Shown here piece by piece: positions 24,193 through 36,589 of a stretch of 64,000 bases of DNA. Both the position numbers and the translations under genes were made by a program. The notes under the pieces are model-generated. The model was not told the DNA's origin, did not search any database, and saw only the letters and a list, made by a program, of their open reading frames with translations. The DNA lies in the NCBI RefSeq assembly GCF_024521635.1, contig NW_026250418.1, forward strand, positions 744,001 to 808,000, read 5' to 3'. The stretch is from Tricharina praecox. Lineage: Eukaryota. How positions within the stretch are numbered: the stretch's first letter is position 1; every line of letters starts with the position of its first letter.

Positions 24193-27100
24193 TACTGGAT
24201 GCCGACTGCTGCTTGCTGGTTTCCAGTTCCCTATCATCGCTGTCACTCGGGAAAGCCACAATCTGGCGAATCACGTGGCTGTATTTGATCTCCAATTCCA
24301 CAATCTGGAGTGCTCACGGAAAAAGTGCCACGGGATAAATCTCGAAAGTGCGACTGTCGTCAGTGATAGCGATAGTGTATGACTCCTGGGAAGCCCATTC
24401 CAATTCCCACAACGATAACTGTGAGTCTGCAACTATTCATCCTTTCTGGGACAATACAACACAACACTATGGGAACGAGTGTGTTCCTGTGAGTGAGTAG
24501 CCCACTAGCCGTTCGGAGGACCGGTGACGGTAGCGGTAGCGGGTTGAAGTTCGGTTTTCTTTCTTTCTTTCTCTCTCTCTCTTGTAGCTGTAGCTCCTAG
24601 ACCAGAACACATCACTATACTTCTTCCCATCTCGATCGTTCTAGTGATCTCCACCACGGGTCCTTCCAACAAACACAACGCACAATAAACAATAAACATC
24701 GTTTCAGCTCTCGGTAGTGTGTACTGCTCGTGGTAGGCTAACTACGGGGCGGAGTTTCCGTCGTTTCGGTTCCGTCTTTTCGGCTCCGTTATTTCGGTTC
24801 TGCCTCTTTGAGGAATCACTCGCATCGTCCGCCTCTTCATACCTATTATCGAGGATTTGCTTGGCCCTACTGCCCCAGTTGAAGACTTGTAGTACAACCA
24901 GCTGGGAGGAGCATTCCGAGCAGACGCCCAGGCCGTGGCGAAGCTTCAGCCTTCAAGTGCGCTTACATACATAGAGTACATGTGCGTACCCGCGTTGTAG
25001 ACGGCTCAGCCCTCAACCCCGGGGCTGTTTCCCCGGCCGCACATGAGTAAATACCCGCATGCGTCTTTACTGTGAGGTCCTTACTCCGCCTGCTACCTGT
25101 ACTTGTACTGCCAGCTCTGACCAGTGAGCACCCCCATCCCCCAGTTCCCCCATACAGCATACGGGGCGATCACTCGGCCTTGGGTGCGCCCAGTTGCATT
25201 TGCATTTCTGCATTCCTTCTGCCCCGCCCTCACGAACTGCTATCCGCCACACCTATTATACCTAATACGTTCTTCGGCTATCGCGGATACCGTTCCTGAC
25301 GGCTGAGACGTGGTTTCGCCAACTCGAAGCCTCGGACAGTTCCACGACTTCCTGTGGATGAAACGTCGAGTGCGCAGTACAGTTTCAACCCCGTAGCAGC
25401 TAGTTCGGCGAGGTAAGCTATTGCCTTGCCGGGTGTTGGAGACTACAAGGCAACCACCAACGGCTTCGGTCTTAACGGGCCGGTAGCTACGGGCCTTCGG
25501 CCGACAGAGACGTTTCGGACTTGGAACCGTTTTTTGAGGGGGTGGGTGGGTGAGTGACGGACCATGATCGCGGCGAGAACTCCGCGAGAATTCCGCGAGA
25601 ATTCCGCGGACGCCGGTGAGGCGTAGGCAAGCGGGTAGGCACTCTAGGTAGTCTAGGTAAGATACGTAGGAGGTACGTATCGGCCCAGGATTTGATTCCT
25701 ACATAGCACCGGGGGGCCGGAAGGGACTGGGTACTAGTATCTACCAGTCCTCTAGCGAATCTCACGGGCCACCGGCCACCGCAAGGTGCTCGGTACCGAG
25801 GATGTGCACTTTGAAGCAGTGGTTTCTTAGAATAGCGGAGTACTCTACTATGTACCCAGAATACCGTGCTAGGTGGCGGAGACGATTGGAGCGGGGTGTT
25901 TCGGTTCCTGCTGGAAAACGGGTTTATCTCGTAGCCAGTGACCAGTGGCCACTGACGAGTCACGACTGATGATAAGGCCGTCTAGAAAATACGGTATGTA
26001 GATGCCTCAACTCTCGAGGCTGAGGCTGAGGCGGAGGCGGAGGCTGAAGAGAAGTATGGAGGCAAGATATGTGCTAGCCCGCGTGCGAGCACAGACAAAC
26101 GCCAATCACGAAGGAGACGCTCTACTACTCTAGTTATTAGTAGTATTCTACATACAAGCGGACAAGTGCCTACTCGCATCACCAATCGGCAGCACCAAAC
26201 TCCACAGCACGCCACGCGACTTCGGCATCGGATGCTCGGCAGCCATCGCATCGACGTTCACCGGGAACACCTCCTTGCTACGGTGGGATCACGAACGCTG
26301 GATACTCCACAGTACCAAACTCCTGCGTTAACTGATATCCAGAATCCCCCAGCACACGTAGGCAGCAGTAGATTAGAGTAGGAGGGTGGAGTGCGAGTCG
26401 GCTGCGGCCGGCTCCAAGTCATAACTTGTTGATCCAGCTAGTAGTCACTCCAGTTAACCGTAGACGAGGCGAGTCGATCCACAGTCCAGTCCAGCCCAGT
26501 CCAGGCGCTCGCGAGTCGCGCCGTCGAAAACGAGGGAAGGTTCAAGGGAAAAGCCTACGTAGCCATGTAAGCACTTGTAAGTGCAAGTTGCCGAAGGGAG
26601 GGATCGATTCATGCGTTGTGTTGCGGCTGGGGCCGGGGGGGGGGGGGGTTCATGCTAACGACGGTATTAGCCGTCACTAATATGTAGACCTCGAGGCTCG
26701 AAGCCACCGTACATAGACTCGCAGAGTGGCGCTTGAATATTACTCACTCTACATACTTTTCGATCTCGGGGAAGTCCCGTCCGCCCCCCGCCCCCCGCCC
26801 CCCGCCCGCCCCGCCGTCAATGGCGTTCCATCCCGCGTCTCGACGTGCTCGGCGCGTTTCGTCTCGTTCCGGGCGCGCTTGGGGGTTTATATTTGCTGAG
26901 GAAAGGATGCAGGATAAGCATCGAGTACTAATAGTAGTAGTAGCTTCACATGTTCGCTCACTGATTCCTACGATACATACCACTGTTAGCGGTGGTGGTG
27001 GTGATGATGGTGGTGGGGATGGTGTGTTGGTGCTAGAGAGTGGGTACGGGGCGTGGAGCGGCTACCACGCACGTTCTTCCTGAATCCTCGCTGTCATAAC

Positions 27101-29366
27101 CACGAAGCGATCATTCCGAGCGCTGTGGCTTCAGCCTTTGAGTTCGACACCGATAACTCGCGACTCGCGACTCTCAACGCACGATTCGATTCCGCACCCG
27201 TTCCTCCAGTACTCTACCGGTAGGCATGTAGGCACCAAGTGAGTTGAGTAAGCTGGCCATCTCGCACCAAACTTCGATGCGGACAATCATGTCACCGCCG
27301 ACCGGCAATCTCCTTCCCTCATGGCCTGAGCGCGGCGCCTTCTAGCCGAGCTGTCTAGCCAGTAACGGCTCAGCCCTATTCACCGTCCGCCACTACCGGG
27401 GAGCTAGTTCACCGAGGATTCTGGAGGTGGTGGTGGCGTGCTATCGAGTGCCTACATAGAGCAGGTAGAGTAAAGTATGTAGAGTGCTGGCGGGCGGGCG
27501 GGCATAAAGGGGGATCAGTTTGGGAGTGGGCGAATGGGCGAGTGAGTGAGGAGTGATTTGGGGGCACTGGCACTGGGCAGAGTGTATCGCGCCTTCCGAC
27601 ACTTTCGTTCGATGGGGTTGTTTGGGAGGAATTACGGGGATATGGTTATATTTGGAACCCGACGCGCTGCACCCAACTTGGCTGGCCGCTGACATGCAGG
27701 CACGCGAGAAAAGAAGAAGAAAAAACAAAAAGCAGATGGGCGCTGCACCGTGGAGTGTGCAGACTTCCTCCTCGATGACGGATGACATCTTGTTCCAGAA
27801 TGCCTACTATTAGTAGGGTTGTGAGGTCGCACTGCCGCAGAGTCGAACGGCGATGGCGAACAGTCGTTGACCCGCACGGCGCACGCCCCTGTGGCTGTGG
27901 CTCAGCTGCTCCTCGACCAGTGGATCAGCAACTGAGCCACGGATCGCAGCAGGGGGCGGTCGGACTTTTCGCCGTCGCGAGTACTCTGGAGTCTACTCTC
28001 GTCTACCACCACCATGTGGAGCACATGTAGGATAAATAGAGGATCAGATAAGATGGGAGAAGGAGGAGAGGCTAGCTGAATCGAGTGTAGCGAACGTTGT
28101 AGGCTGCGGAGACTGGATGGCTCTTCGAAGTTGAATACAACCTCAACTTTTTCATCATCCTTCATCTTCGCCGTCTCCATTCGGGGTTACGTCATCTACC
28201 AGTACAGCATCCACGGCGCCGCCAGTACTCTCGAGTCCGGAGTACAGCACCCACCGATTCGCCTTGCGGCAAATCCAAATCCAAACGAATATCGCGGTGC
28301 ATCGGGTGCGCACTGGGAAATTGCTTCTTTTCCAACTCCTACATATGGTTCGCCTGCGCGGGGGCGTCACACCGCTCGTATTGATACCTGTAACCACCCG
28401 TGTAGCACAGCCAGTGGTCTCATGCTGATCTCTTTCCAGTTGCCAAGTTGGATGAATCGCCGTCGCCCTCTGCAACTGTTTCTCCTGTGTCTTTCAGCTT
28501 GTCACTGCAGCTCTCGTATGCTCTCCGGCGTCTTTCAGCACTGGCACTGCCTGCATACCACGGCAGCTCTCGTGCGCCCGCACGGAATACTCTCGCTAAG
28601 CCGAGTGACAGGCGTGATCCCTCGATCCTGTCCGCTCAAGCGACTTCAGTTCCAACCCCCCTTCCCCGGTGGGGAATGGAGCGGTCTTTATATGTGCTCC
28701 AGAGTTCCTTCCAAAAATGGTTCCTGATGGGAAGAAGCGCTCAACGCTGTCATATCGGGTCCACTCCGGTGTGGGTATCTCCGACCAGGCAGCAGCCCCC
28801 CCCCTCCCCCCGTGCAAAAAAAGGGCGCCTATGTTGTTTCGGAACTGCAGAGAGTGGCTGCGCACGCAAGAACTATGCAAGTAGTTACCTATAGTAGCGG
28901 ACTCTTCACGCGTCGTGCGATGGGGCTACGTACATACATACCGACGTCGGACCTGCGCAGTGAGAGAGGGTGTGGGTAAATATCCTGCTCTATCTTAGGA
29001 TGAACACTAACCACCTCAGCTATACCCGCCCCGCCCCCTGCACGTCCGGTGAGAGCTTAATAACTGTTGTCCGGGTCCGTAGTAGAGTGGTTAATAGTCA
29101 GCTACCAGTCAACTAACCATTAACATCCAAATCAATAGTAAGCTGCTGCATCCAACTCTTGCCGACACGGAATATCGGATCTCGCACACCGGGTTGATGG
29201 CTGCTTGATATCCCTTCCGCCCCCCCTCCCGCCTTCTTGTCCCCTTCTTCTTCCTTTTCTTCTTCTTCTCCCTGTTTGCTTCTCGTACCGATTGATACAC
29301 GGCTTCACTCTTTCGCCTGACCCATTCTTTTTTTTGGCTTCCTCGGCGACTCGACAAGATTCAACG

Positions 29367-31388
29367 ATGAAGTTCACATTGCTCGCCGCTGCTGCGGCCG
29401 TGGCACTGGTGCGTGCCCAGACTACCGAACCCGACCCTGTGACGGAATTCTGCACCATGGGAGGATCGTCGAGTATGTATTTCCGAATCGCTTCCGGTGT
29501 GATGGATGCTGGGGACTGACGGGTGGGGATCGCAACAGTCGCGATTTCAAACAATATTGCATATATTTTCGGAGGTTGGGCAACTTACGATGGCTACAAC
29601 TCGTCGTTCATTGGATCCAGTAAGTGGTTTTTTTCTCTTCTTTTTCGCTGCACGGAATCGAGCAGTGGGCGAGGGGGACCAGTTATTGATTGGCATGATA
29701 GACGACTTCCTTCGAGTGATCGACTTCACCAAATCCTTCCGAACCGGAGCTGATGTCGCCGACTACGTTGAGATGATCGAGATGCCTGATATCGTGCCGC
29801 GGGGCACGTTCGTGTCGTTCTGGCCGACCGACAACAACACACTGGACATGTTCCACGGCTTCCACGAACCGACCGGCATTCAGGTGGCCGAAAACGACAC
29901 GGCGGCACTGAAGGTATGGCCGCTGAATGCGAAGCACGCCTTCGATATTGCGACCGAAACATGGTCGGCCAAGACCGTGGCCAGCGCCGACCTCTCGATG
30001 ATGGACATCCCGGCGGACAATAATGGTGCGGTGCAAAAGCTGGCGACGAGGACCCAGGTGTGGGTCCCCGGCGCGAAGAAGGGCTTCGAGCTCGGTGGTG
30101 AATCGTACATGGATAGCAACCATACGAATTGGCTGAATTCGAGAGAATTCTCGAATCACAATGGCCTGCTGGTGTACGATCAGGCGACGGACTCGTGGAC
30201 CAACGAGACCATGCCTCTCAAGTACATGCGGAACGGAGTTCTGGCCCAGCTTCAGACCGCCGATGATAACATCCTGATTGCGTTTGGAGGATTCACCAGC
30301 GAACGTGGGACAACAAATAAAATGGTTTGCCCCCCTCCTTTTAGGATTATATCCGTTTCCCCCGCCATGGCTGACATGATAAACGTTAGCGGAGTATGCG
30401 CGAATTCAGCATCTACAGCACCAACCAGGCGCGTTGGTACTCTTTCGTTGTCCCGGAAGGCAGTACGATCCCCGATACCCTCGCTTCCAGCTGCTGGACA
30501 GTTGTCAGCTCACAGGACAACACCTCCCATCAAATAATCACCTTCGGGGGTGAGCGCACACTGGATGCCATATCCAACAACGAGGTCTGGGCGCTCACCA
30601 TCCCATCGTTCGACTGGGTCCAGCTCGAAGGCAACGCCACCGATCCTACCCGCGACCCTGGAGCGCGAACGCAGCCCATCTGCGCCACCGTCGGTAACAG
30701 ATACATGCTCACCTACGGTGGACGTGGTTCCGGCTGCGATAAGGACGGCAACGCCGTATTCCTCCTCGACATCAGCCAGGGCAAATGGGTGGACGACTTC
30801 AAGACCAACCAGGAGTATCTTGTCCCCGACGCGGTTGTCGCCGTCATCGGTGGAACGTATGCATCCCCCCATCCGTTTTTTTATACATCAGTCAACTGAG
30901 CAATATCCATTTTTTATAGTGGCAAAGGTGGCGCAACCAAACTCGCGCCCTCCGGCGGCTTCAACGACGCCGGCCTCGAAAAGCTGCTGACATTCAACAC
31001 GACGACGACGGGCTCGGCCAACGGGACCACATCGTCGACATCCGACTCCGGCAGCAGCGGCAGCTCCAGCAGCAGCTCCAACACAGGTGCGATCGCGGGT
31101 GGCGTAGTCGGCGGTCTCGCTGCAATCGCCATCGTCGCGGGCATATTCTTCATGATCCGCCGCCGCCGGCAAAAAAACGAATTAGCAGCGCAGCAGCAGC
31201 TGCCGCCAGGTCAGCACTCGTCCCCAATCGTCGAGTTGAAGGCGCCGCTCCATGCTCAGGATTATCACCACCAGCAGCATACGCAGCCAGTGGAGATGTA
31301 TATGAACACCCCTATAGACCCTCCCGTGGAGTTGAGCGCTGGTGACGCCCACGCCAGGGGATTCCACGAGGCGCCGGCTTATAAGTAG
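29367..31388 (+). CDS. Type-I membrane protein with extracellular Kelch/galactose-oxidase-like beta-propeller
   Basis: Signal peptide MKFTLLAAAAAVALVRA; Kelch-like blades (AYIFGG, GFELGG, LIAFGG, IITFGG, VWALTIPSFDWVQL, MLTYGG); S/G/T-rich stalk; TM AIAGGVVGGLAAIAIVAGIFFMI followed by RRRRQK; four introns. Confidence 0.85.
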
Positions 31389-31807
31389 ATTCATTCATGT
31401 ACTCTATGTAGAGGACGACTGTCGAGTGGATGGGGGAGGGAGGGGGTTTGTATATTTTAGGATTTAATGTAATTCGGTTCGCAATGTCAAAACGAGTGAT
31501 TCATGCCGGTCGAATATGGAATTGTGCAACAAAAAAACAACAAAAACTCTTGCCTGCGGATTCAAGATGAAATACTGGTACTGGGGCATGGGTGACCGTC
31601 TGTGAGATTGGCTGCCAGTCCGGTAATGAGATGATTACGGGTGGTTTCCGCACAGTGATCCGAATCATCCACCGTGTTTCAATGTCGCTGGAAGAATATA
31701 CACGGAAGCCTCTTCTTCCCACCCTCCTTCTCGACGGAATTCACCGCCCGAGATTCGAACCAATTCGCCCATTATATAATCGAGTATACGTGTATCTGCA
31801 CAACTCT

Positions 31808-33373
31808 CTAATCGAACGTAATCTTCTTCCCCACCGGCTTCGCCATAGCCGCCGCCACAACGGCCTGCTTCTCCTTCGCCTTCCTCGCCGCCTCCCAAGA
31901 CGGATGCAAGGGGCCCTCCGCGATCTTCTCCTTGTGCCCTCCACCCGTCCTTGCCGCCTCCCTCATCTCTCGCTTCGCCTGTTTCTCAGCGTCCTTCTCG
32001 GCGCGCTGCTGCACGTGACTCGCGCGCTGCCCATACATCTTCTCCCACAGCGCGCGGCGCGCCTGCTGGCCCATCCGGTTCTTGCGCTCTTTCTTCTCTG
32101 GCGGCCCCCGCTTCGCGGTGCTGTTGTTGGCGTACCACTCCGCGTCTGCGTCCGAGTCGCCGCCGGAGACGTAGCCGGCCATTAGTGAGGGGAGGAATTG
32201 TGAGGTTTCTGGCGGCGCGGGGGTTCGGGTTTTGGTGGCGGGTTTTTTGGTGGGTGCTGCTGGCTTTGGTGGGGCGGCGGAGGCGGCTTTGGTCGTGGGT
32301 TTCTTGGAGGGTGCCGAGTCTTCGTCTGAGACGGCGTCCGAGTCGACGTCCGAGCCACCGGACCACTCGTCATCTGTCCGTGCGAGCTCGTTGGCGGCAT
32401 TAGTGGCATCCTCGTCCTCGTCCTCCTCGTCGTCATCTTCCTCGTCAGAAGCTCCGATGCGCTCTTCGAATTCGTCAAAGTCTTTGGCGTTGGGATCCAT
32501 CAGCCGTTCCCATATTGTATCTTCAGTCATATCCTCGACGGCGGAAGGATTCGTGCGCGCCTTCTTCGCTGCTGGCTGAGCGGGTTCCTCATCCGAGAAA
32601 CCCGCAAACTCCTCGGTCTCTTCGACAAGACGGGCTTTACCGCTCGGCTTAACTGCGAGCCCCTCCTCCTCCTCCGCTTCCGCCTGCTCCTCCACCACAG
32701 CCCTCTCCACCTTCTTCTTCGGCGCCTCCTCTTCCTGCAGCCCCATGGCGACCTCGACCTGGTCGACCACAACCGCCATCACCTCCTTAACCGTCGCGCT
32801 ACCAAACAGCCTGGCCACAACATTCGCACGGGCCTTATCGCTTGCATCGGGAGCGTCGGGAATAACCAGCGCCTTCGGCCATAGCAGCGACGCAACCACG
32901 CGCTTCCGCTTCCCAAACGTGCGCAGGATATGTTCCGTCGCGAGCGCGTTCAGCTCCGCCGCAGAGAGCGACTTGCACACGCCCAGCTCCGGTTCGAGTT
33001 TGGCTGTTAGGGCGGCGTCGTTCGCTGTGCTGCCCACCACCACCAATTTAGCCCCCACCCCCCTCCACTCCCGACCAACGAGGGGAACCTACCGCGCAAC
33101 CTTGATCCGCCTCAACAGCTTTCTATTCTCGAAGCCGCGCGCCTTCTTGAGCGCGCGGAAGACGTTTTTCTTTCCCGTGTCGATGCATGCGAGCACGCTG
33201 CGGTGGATCCCGTCGACTGCGCGTGGTGGGAGCAGTGTTGGGTCGGCGAGAGAGCGCGCGTGCGTGTATGTCCGCTTCTTTTTGGAGGAGCCGTTGCTGC
33301 TGCGGCCGCCGCTGCTGGTCGAGGGGTTGGGATTGGAGGGGTTCGAGAAGGGGTTTTTGCGTTTGGGCGGCAT
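31808..33373 (-). CDS. BUD22: Bud22/SRFB1-family ribosome biogenesis factor
   Basis: ALKKARGFENRKLLRR, FLPSLMAGYVSGGDSD, KERKNRMGQQARRALWEKMYG..ASHV, LHPSWEAARKAKEK, PVGKKITFD; one intron. Confidence 0.93.
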
Positions 33374-34063
33374 CGTGGGGACGTGGTACTGTGGGAGAAC
33401 GTGGAGAACGTGGAGAACGGTGGTGCTGCTGGTGCTGGTGGGCCGGTGGAGTTGGGTTTTTTTTGACAGGGTTCGTTTCGTGGGATGCGTAGTGGCGGGG
33501 TGCGCCGTGTGGCGGTGGCTGATGTGGCGGTCGAGTGATTGTACATGGTGGTTCACACGGTTGAGCAAGGAGAGCGAATAGAGGCCCCAGATGGTTGTGC
33601 GATAAAGAGCTCACCGTTTGGTGGTAGTTTGGGCAAAGACTGGGCCCTTCCATCTACGGAGCAACACAGGAGGCTCATATGCCGTAGACCATCTTACCAT
33701 CATCCAGAGCCAGTCTCCATCCCTCACTCATCCCGTGACAGTGACAGCTCACATGTGAAAGTCCCAACCCAACCCATCCCATCCCATCCGCATTCCCTTT
33801 GCCGCACTGGGCAGGGACCAGCGACGTCACACCTGTCATAGAATCATAGTGTCAAACTAACTCTAAAAAAACGACCCCGCATCACCGAACCACGGTCCAC
33901 GGTCCACGGTCGGTCCACCCCACCTCGCCAAAAAAGCGAACCAACTTACCGTACCGTACCAAGGTCCAACCACCACAACGCGTCTCCCGTAATTAAGCCC
34001 GGCCCACGCGCCACCACGGACCTCCGCCTTCCCCGCCATAACTACAACGACATCCGCGCAAGC

Positions 34064-36255
34064 ATGGAGATATTCCTCAATAAGGTCTCGCAGCAAGCCG
34101 GTATGTACCTTCCATCCGCCCATTCATCTGCCTACCAAAAGTATACCTTGCCTGACACTCCACCCCCATCGCAGTTTCGTTCGCGATCAGGTACATACTC
34201 TACACACCTACGTCCCACTGCCCGCGCATTGGTGCACGCACACAGTACTATGGTTGCTGACCCCGCGCGACCCGTGAAGATCCGGGATAATAGTCACAAG
34301 CCAGTTTGCGATTCGTCAGTGCGGGCGGTACATCTCGGTTCGTTCCCCTTTTCCCTGCGGGGGTCGGTCGGAGGGGTGGAAGGGTGTAAGGATGGAAGGT
34401 GGCTTACGGGTGTTGAGGTGGTAGTCGATAAAAGGGAAGGATAGGAAGGAGTTACAACGGCTGCAGGAGAGGCTGGAGACGAAGATCAAGGTAGGTGCCT
34501 AGGATGAAGCGGGATTGGGCATTGGCGGTACAGGCTGACGCGGGTAGATTGTTTCCCCTGCGATCGATCTCGTGGAGATATTGTACGTTTACTCCGCGTA
34601 GCTCTTCGATCGGATGGAATGGTGGGCTAACGGAGCTACCTAGATCGGCGCGAGGCAACACGTCGCTCGAGAGCGCGCTCACGTTAACGAAAGACATCCG
34701 GCATGGCATCGAGAAGCTCGGGAAGCGCATGGAGGCGTTGTCGGACCAGAATGCGAAGCGCCGGACTAATCCTGAGGAGGTGAAAGGGGTCATGGAGGAT
34801 ATCAAGAGTTTGCTGATGAAGATTGAGGAGGTTGGTGGCGGCAGTTTCTGTCGTAGGGGCAAATCGCTGACGCTTGCCTAGGCCGTGCCGTTCATCAGTC
34901 TTGCGGTTACCACCTCCGGCGTCAACATTTCAGCGTCGATACCGCAGAATGTCTCGCCGTCGAGATTACTACAGGCCTCCGGAATGCTGTCTGCTGGGGA
35001 CACGGCGTACTGCTACGACCCGTTCAAGCCCGCGCAGATCGGACAGACGTTTTGGCTGTCGCTATACATGCTATTCTCGTCACACTCGCATAGACAGGAA
35101 CAGGTCTCGGCGAAGGATCTGACATGGCAGGAAGTAATGTACAAATGTCGTGTCAACCTTCAACGCGTACCGCTGTTCTACGACGAGGAGGAGGGCGAAA
35201 CTACGGGGGATATGCATTTCCGGGCGCAGAATAAGATACAGGAATACTGCTACGAGCTGCTGTTGGTGGAAGACTTGGATGATGGGAGGGTGCACGAGAA
35301 GGATTACGGGCCATATGAGGATGTCGCTAGGTCAGGACTGAGGACGCGCATACCAGTTCATCAGATCGCGAAGATGTTTTATACCACATCTGGCAAGCTT
35401 CTTGGCATTGAGGAGAGCAACTCCCCGATCCTACTGATCAAGCGAGACAAAAATGCTCAGGCTCCAAGGAAGGTGCTCGACAAGGTCAGGGGATATTTTT
35501 ACAGCGATGACGAGGGCTCAGACACTGACGAGCGGCATGGAAACGACCATCACCACTCTCCAACCGATCATCACGAGGAGGAGGACGGTGAAGACCACCT
35601 CGACCTTCCCAAACACCTCGACCCAGAATGGCTCGCCTTCGAAATCTACACCGACGACCCGGACGACGCAAGCTCCGCTACGATATCTCCCGTCTCTTCG
35701 GCCGAATCTTCACGGCCAGGCTCACCAACCCCTGATCGGACCCCACCGCCCGCGTCCCTCGCCAACGCCCTAACCAACCTAACGCTCACCTCGTCGCCTA
35801 CCACCGCCACCCCGCGTCTCAACGCAATCCGCAGCGACCTCAGCATCCTCGAATGTCTCCTGCGCCTCACGATCCTCCAAAACTTCCAGCAGGCGCAACA
35901 CACCACAGTGCACGACGAACTTCTCAACCTCTTTCTCTCGGACGCCGTCTGGGGCGGTAGCAAAGAGGACCGCCGCGTGGAGCGCGAACAGGCGCGCAAA
36001 AAACTCGGCTTCGATCCCTTCGAGGCCACGCCGGGCATAAACCGTACCATCAGACCGCCCGGCGGCACCCCCCGGAGTACCACTGGCACGCCGAAGAGGA
36101 TCGATGCGCACCCGATTACGCCAAGGAGCGATATGGAGCGCCAGAGGGGTAGGTGGGTCAGGTGGGATACGCAGACGCCGAGAGAGCAGTGGACGCCGCC
36201 GGAGAGGCGGCCGGAATGGGAGGGCGAGGAGCCGTCGAGTCCGCTTGGGCGGTAG
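34064..36255 (+). CDS. YRB30: RanGTP-binding protein (Yrb30 family)
   Basis: Spliced MEIFLNKVSQQAVSFAIRSGIIVTSQFAIRQC, KIKIVSPAIDLVEILSARGNTSLESAL, IEEAVPFISLAVTTSG, VSPSRLLQAS, TWQEVMYK, LSILECLLRLTILQNFQQ..HDELLNLFL; six introns. Confidence 0.88.
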
Positions 36256-36589
36256 ACGTTTTAAATTCTGAGTTGTAACTGCGTGCTAGATTGTTGGAGT
36301 TTGTGGGCTCGGGCGTTGGGACTGTTGCTCGCCTGCACGGCCGGCTTTGAGTGTAAATGGTGTTCCTTTTCTGTACGAGAGGTGGTCACTGGTCACTGGT
36401 GTGAAGAATCTCAATGGGAATCACTACTATCCTCCTGCTGGATGGATGAATCTCATCTCTTATTTCAAGAATCTCTAACGCTCCGAGTAGGTTATAGGTT
36501 GTAGATACTGCCTCTGTCTGTGGTGTAAATCGGTTTTTCTTTTTCCATCGTTCCATAAGATGTATTTGACGTTTGCAACGAGGAAAGAT

